Below the pieces are notes generated by a model. The model searched no databases, had not been told where the DNA came from, and saw only the letters and a list, made by a program, of their open reading frames with translations. This document shows positions 58,853-64,000 of a DNA stretch of 64,000 nt, one piece after another (position 1 is the first letter of the stretch; each line of letters opens with the position of its first letter). A program made the translations under genes and the position numbers. This stretch comes from Thraustochytrium aureum (taxonomy: Eukaryota), in the NCBI GenBank assembly GCA_012862495.1, contig BLSG01000090.1:120846-184845 (forward strand). The letters are read 5' to 3'.

Positions 58853-60692
58853 CTAGACGTCGTCGGCACCAAGGAGGCGCTTGACGAGCCCGCTATCATC
58901 ATTGCTGGCGTCTTGATCCTGGGCCGCTACGTCGGGCCGGGCGCGCAGCTCTGCAAGAGTGCCCGACTCGCACACCACGCCGTCGCGGAGGACGAGGATA
59001 GTGTCTGCCGCTTGCAGAGTGGAGAGGCGGTGCGCGACCACAAGCACAGTCTTCCCCTGACTGGCAAGCCACGAAAAAGCCGCCAAAACGTGCTGCTCGC
59101 TCTCGTGGTCGAGCGCCGCGGTCGACTCGTCAAAGCACCACAGCTGAGCGCGGTCTGCGCAAAGAAACGCTCGCGCTAGCGCAATGCGGTGGACCTGGCC
59201 CACGCTGAGCTGCGCCTGCTCTGAGGAGCCGAGAACTGTGTTGTAACCGCGCGGCATTGCCGAAATAAAGTCGTGGGCGCCAGCACGCCGCGCCGCCGCC
59301 TCGACCGCGGCCTGAGCGGCGCTGCGGTCAGAGTAGTGGATGTTCTCGGACATGGATCGCCCCGTGAAGAGCGCTGGTGTCTGGTTCACGAGGCTGATGC
59401 GTGCCCTGTAGTCCTCGATCGCGGTTGTGCGAATGTCGACGCCGTTCCACAGGATTCTCCCGCCCCAATCGTCGCGCCCGGAGACGCGGCAGAGCAACTC
59501 GAGCGTGGTTGTCTTGCCCTCGCCGCTCTTTCCAGCTAGAGCATAAACCTTGCCCGGCTGGAGCTCCATCGACAGGCCCCGCAGCACGGGCGTTCCCTTG
59601 CGCTGGTAAGCGAAATGGACCCCCTCCAGTTCGATCCGCGCGGGCCCGGCCGGAAGCGTTGCGCGACCTTCATCGGCGCGCCCCTCTGCAGGTGCTTCCA
59701 GCAACTCTTTCACCCGCTGGCTGGTGCCGAGAACCCGGTGAAAGTCAGCAAACGACGACGAGAGCTGGGAGAACCCAAGCCCGACCAGGCCCGAGTACAG
59801 TCCGAAGGAAGCAAGCTGGCCCGCGGTGATCGCTCCACCCCGGACAAGCGAGCCGCCATAGAGGACGACGGCGAGAAGGGACGAGTTCAGGCTCAGACTG
59901 AGCCCCCCCATAAAGGCGCCTTCCGCAAGCGCAGCCCGCCGCGCGGCGCTCTGCAGGCCGTCCAAGGCGCTCACGAACTCTGCGAGCTCATAGTCCTCGT
60001 TCCTGAACAGCTGGACCGTGCTGAGGTGGTCGACGCGCTCCCCGGCTGCGCTGATGGCTTGCTCGGTGGCGTCCTTAAGCCGCTTGGCCCTGGCCGCGCG
60101 AAAACTTGGAGAACGACATGGCGCCCGTGCCGATCAGAGGGAGCATGGCCAGCGAGACCATCGTCAGTTGCGGCGAAATGTGCAAGAGCATTGCGGTGCC
60201 GCCGAACGCAGAGTTGCATCCGCGGTACACGCCTGCCATGTTTTTACAAATCGCCTTTGCAAGATCCTCTGCGTCTTTGGACAGCGAGGTCACGACGGCG
60301 GTGCTGTCGGCGGCGCTTGGATCGCCGCGCAGAACGCTGCCATACAGGTCTTTCCGCACGCGCCGGGCGATTTTGACTGCCCCCATTTCAAGAAAGTAGA
60401 CGCGCGCCACCGAGCCGATGGCGCCGAGCGCAAACACGCCCATCGACAGCATCGCGCCCTGCAGCGCGGCCTTCCCTCGCGGTCCGCCCTCGTCCCGCGC
60501 AACGAGGTCAATCATCCAGCCGACCAGCTTGGGGAACGCCAGGTTGGTCCCAGAGGACACCACGACAGCCGCCAGCGCGCAAGCTAGATCCACCTTTGCG
60601 CTCTGCACCGCGATGGCCGCAACCTGCCTGAAGGACCAAGCCTTGGCGCGCGGTGCGGCGCCATCCCGGCTGCCTTGCGCCGAGGCGCTCAT
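58853..60692 (-). CDS. ABCB-family half transporter (ABCB10/ABCB8/MDL1-like); frameshift near 60085, N-terminus uncertain
   Basis: TMD (LAFPKLVGWMID, SPQLTMVSLAMLP, YGGSLVRGGAITAGQLASF); Walker A GKSGEGKTT, Q-loop VNQTPALF, signature LSVGQ, Walker B WCFDEST, H-loop AHRLST. Confidence 0.9.
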
Positions 60693-60818
60693 GCACGCGC
60701 GGCCGGCCGATCTTGCGCTCTCTTCCCGCGCCGCCGAGGACCCGCACGCCTCTGCAAGCGGAGTGCAGCGCAGCGCAGTGATCCCTTCTTGGGGCTCTGC
60801 CCCAGGCCCGCGGCCGGA

Positions 60819-60920
60819 CTCCTGCTCAGGTCTCCTGCTCAGGTCTCCTGCTCAGGTCTCCTGCTCAGGTCTCCTGCTCAGGTCTCCTGCTCAGGTCTCG
60901 TGGTCTCCTGCTCAGGTCTC
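60819..60920. repeat. 13-bp minisatellite (ctcctgctcaggt), six perfect copies, one degenerate, one more copy
   Basis: Read directly; lies just upstream of the ABCB gene. Confidence 0.95.
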
Positions 60921-61330
60921 GAGTCGACGCTCACCTCGCTGTTGAATGCGTGGCGATCCATCGTTTGCTCTTTCTAAAGAACTGTTCCCTTCGACTCATA
61001 GGCACAAGCCGAGGACGGACGCAAGGCGCGAAGCACAGACCCAGACGAACGAAAGGAAGAACCAACCGCCAAGGAAGGTCAGCAATCTGCCAATACAAAT
61101 AGGTACAGAAACGACACGTGGGGCCTAAGAATGAGCTCCGGCACAATACCGATATAACTCCGTATTAGTTGTTAACATACATAGTATTTACTCCGATATC
61201 CCGCCGTCGCTCCCTGACGTTCTATTCTGCAAATTCTAAAAAGGAATAGAAAGAACATTCCTGTTCGATGACGGTTGCGCGCTCGCGTGTGGGACGAGGA
61301 GCGTGGTGTCGTTTCCTCCTTCCGAGCACG

Positions 61331-61386
61331 GGCAGGCAGGCACGCAGGCAGGCAGGCGGGCGGGCAGGCAGGCAGGCAGGCAGGCA
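61331..61386. repeat. (GGCA)n microsatellite
   Basis: ggcaggcagg... imperfect run upstream of the kelch gene. Confidence 0.85.
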
Positions 61387-61457
61387 AGTGCGATCCGAGA
61401 GCGGCGGCACATCTCTCGCACCCTGCGCCCGCGCCTGGTGGTGGTGCGCGAGGCAGG

Positions 61458-63404
61458 ATGGCGCTGGCGCCGGAAGGCATGGTCAAGCTCTACTTTGAGG
61501 AGATTCCTCCCCTGGAGGACGACGAGCAGGGCGTGTTTGTCGTGGAAGAGCGCGAGGAGAGGCCACCGGCGCCGCCAATGTCGGCGCGGGACGCGGGGAA
61601 CAGCGAGACTGTCACGCTCGAGCACGGCGGAGTGCTGCAGAACCTCGTGTTTGGAGCTGGCAAGTCGAAGGGGACGAAGACGAGGACGAGACCATCCGCG
61701 TCCCCGTGATCGCCAGCGTCTGGGACAGCGCATGGGAGGGCGGAGCTGGCCAAGGGCCCGCGCCTCGCGGCGGCTCAGCCCTCGCACGCGCAGGACAGCA
61801 TCTGTACGTTTTCGGCGGTGCTAGTCGCGATGGAACGCACTTCAACGACCTTTGGCGAACGCTCGCTCCAGGCCGCCGAGCCAGCTCTCCACCAGACGAG
61901 TGGCTGCCAACCGCGGGGCAGCAACGCTGGGAGGAGGTGAGCGCGCTGGCAAGCGGCACGCCGCCCTTGGCGCGCAGCGGGCACTCGCTCACCTCGGCAA
62001 AGGCAGCAAGCAACGACTGGAAGAGCTTCGTCTTTGGAGGCCTCAACGCCATCGAGCAGGCGGTATTTAACGACGTGCACGTGCTTTCCCACGCGAGTGA
62101 CGGACGGCTCAGGTGGGCCCCTGCGGCGGTGCGCGGCGCGCCGCCCCAGCCGCGGACCGAGCACAGCGCGGTCCTCGNNNNNNNNNNNNNNNNNNNNNNN
62201 NNNNNNNNNNNNNNNNNNNNNNNNNNNNNNNNNNNNNNNNNNNNNNNNNNNNNNNNNNNNNNNNNNNNNNNNNNNNNNNNNNNNNNNNNNNNNNNNNNNN
62301 NNNNNNNNNNNNNNNNNNNNNCGAGATGTCCACGTCCTCGACGTGCGCGCTGCGCTTGGCCTTGCAGACTGCGATGGCGCGCCTCTGTGTACTTGGTCGA
62401 CCGTTCGCTGTGGCGGAGTGTCGCCCCCGCCGCGCGAGCTGCACAGCGCCTGCGTTCTCGGCGCGCCCCAACAAGGGGATCTTGAGTTTGCTCACTACGG
62501 GCAGGACCCGCGCAGCGAGAGCGGGGAGGATACCGCGGCAGGGCAAGCAGAGCGCGAGGGCTTCGCGGAGGGCGTACGGCTCCGCGAGGCCGGCAACGCG
62601 CTTTTCGTGAAAGGGGACCTCGAGGCCGCGCTAGAGCTATACTCCAGGTCTCTAGACGCAGACCCTTGCGCGTACTTGTCCTTGGGGAACCGCTCGGCGT
62701 GCCTGCTCAGGCTGGGGCAGCCCGAACGCGCCTTGCAGGACGCCTTGAGTGCTGTGCGGATCAACCCTGGCTGGGGCAAAGGCTACCTGCGCGAGGCCAG
62801 CGCGTGCCAAGCGCTCGGCGACAGGGACGCAGCGCTGAACGCCTTCAGAGCAGCGATCGAATGCGCCTCGTCAGACAGGGAGAGAGAAAGCGTCTTCAAG
62901 CTCTACCGCGCAGCCGCAGCGAAAGGCCCAGGCTCGCCGCGCCGCGAGAGCGAGGGGAAGCGCCAAGGAGGGAGCCAGCGGACAGGCACCTCTGGCCCTG
63001 CCATGGTTGTCTTTGGTGGGCGGGGCGAAGACGGCGTGCTCGAAGATGTTGCACTGCTCGACCTCGCCACAATGACGTGGCGAGGCGACCCGGAAGCGTC
63101 ATCCTTTCCGCGATGCGGGCATTCCGCCACCGCACTTTCCAGGACACGCATGCTCGTGTTCGGGGGCTGGGACGGGGGCCAAGATGTTTACGGCACGGGC
63201 ATGACGTTTGATGTCGAGAGCGAGATGTGGACAGAGTGCAAGGTTGATGCAACTGATGGAAAGGTACCAGTTCAGGTCGAAGGTCGCTTCTCCCACAGTG
63301 CGAGCGAAACAGGACTCGACGGGCAGGTGGCCATTTTCGGCGGCGTCAGCTTTGCGCGCGATCAGAGTAGCCTCGTCGTGCTGGACGTGCTTTCAGAAGA
63401 CTGA
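61458..63404 (+). CDS. Kelch-repeat protein with an inserted TPR domain; frameshift near 61672, gap 62178-62321
   Basis: Kelch blades LYVFGG...FNDLW, RSGHS...FVFGG, PRELHSA, MVVFGG, RCGHSA...LVFGGWDG, RFSHSA...IFGG. TPR: GNALFVKGDLEAALELYSRSL...NRSACLLRLG...WGKGYLREASA. Confidence 0.85.
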
Positions 63405-63479
63405 GGGTAGCCTTGCGTTTGGCAAAAGTGACACTAGCTAGAGAAGAGTACCGGAAAGGAAGGCACGGCAGTAGCTGGC

Positions 63480-64000
63480 TCAACTTTTTTCGCTTGCCGG
63501 GGGGGCGTCCTCGCCCGCGGCGCGCAGCGCACTCTCGCGTAGCGCCTTGCGGTCCCTGGCAGCCTGCGCAACGCGCTCTAGCGCGTCCATGTTTTCGGCA
63601 CCTTGCCAGACGCGGGAAAATATCTCGCGCTCTTCAGCCAAGCACTCCGACATGCAGTGCGAGTCGTCGACGTACCCGATGAGGTGCTTGCTCTCCCGCA
63701 CAGCGCCAGGGTACCGCGCCTCCAAGAAAGGGCGCATGAGCTGATGCGCGGCATCGTTGGCGTCCTTGCCAGGCTCGCCGACGCGGTCGGCGATGCCAAG
63801 CTCCAAGCACTCGGCGGCCGAAAGCCTCGGCGCGCCGCACAAGACGCGGATCGCATTGCGCCGGCCCAGCAAGCGGACAAGCCGCGAGCCCCCGCCCCAG
63901 CCAGGGATGAGCCCCAGAGTGGTTTGCACCATCTGGAACGTCGCGCCGTGCTGGAACACCCTAAAGTCGCACGAGAGCGCAAACTCTGTTCCGCCGCCCA
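63480..64000 (-). CDS. Crotonase-superfamily enzyme most like ethylmalonyl-CoA decarboxylase ECHDC1 (3' part; runs off the window)
   Basis: GGGTEFALSCDFRV, LGLIPGWGGGSRLVRLLG, EREIFSRVWQGAENMDAL. Confidence 0.8.
   Translation of the reverse strand, partial: GGGTEFALSCDFRVFQHGATFQMVQTTLGLIPGWGGGSRLVRLLGRRNAIRVLCGAPRLSAAECLELGIADRVGEPGKDANDAAHQLMRPFLEARYPGAVRESKHLIGYVDDSHCMSECLAEEREIFSRVWQGAENMDALERVAQAARDRKALRESALRAAGEDAPPASEKS

Noticed and set aside
2316..63404. Programmed ribosomal frameshifting or mass pseudogenisation
   Set aside because: Indels go both ways, share no slippery motif, sit mostly in homopolymers and hit conserved genes with intact motifs; assembly error is simpler

Overview
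Compact, GC-rich, intron-poor eukaryotic genomic DNA with about 20 N-gaps. Gene content (BBS9, kinesin-14, WRKY19-type zinc-finger protein, TmcB-like PAS protein, PTKSPT mucin stalks) suggests a flagellated heterotrophic protist, most plausibly a stramenopile such as a thraustochytrid (inference only). About 23 genes are densely packed on both strands. Recognisable ones are BBS9/PTHB1, SEPSECS, ITPA, a C-terminal-motor kinesin-14, an ABCB half-transporter, an ECHDC1-like crotonase, a sulfotransferase, an SLC19-type carrier, a DH-PH-C2 RhoGEF, an ADAM protease, an F-box-like/WD40 protein, a CAMK-group kinase and a lipocalin. Many genes are split by single-base indels, mostly in short homopolymers, which look like uncorrected assembly errors. 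The most striking locus (40.5-42.8 kb, minus) is a class C GPCR-type 7TM whose ectodomain is a bacterial-type ProX/OpuAC glycine-betaine-binding domain instead of a Venus flytrap, a candidate osmolyte (betaine/choline/DMSP) receptor. Also notable are a tandem cluster of pectin-acetylesterase/Notum esterases fused to four PAN/Apple modules (one secreted, one stalked and membrane-anchored, plus a decayed third copy) and a Blc-like lipocalin with a eukaryotic MGxxCSC acylation motif. No rRNA, tRNA, CRISPR array or intact transposon was recognised.
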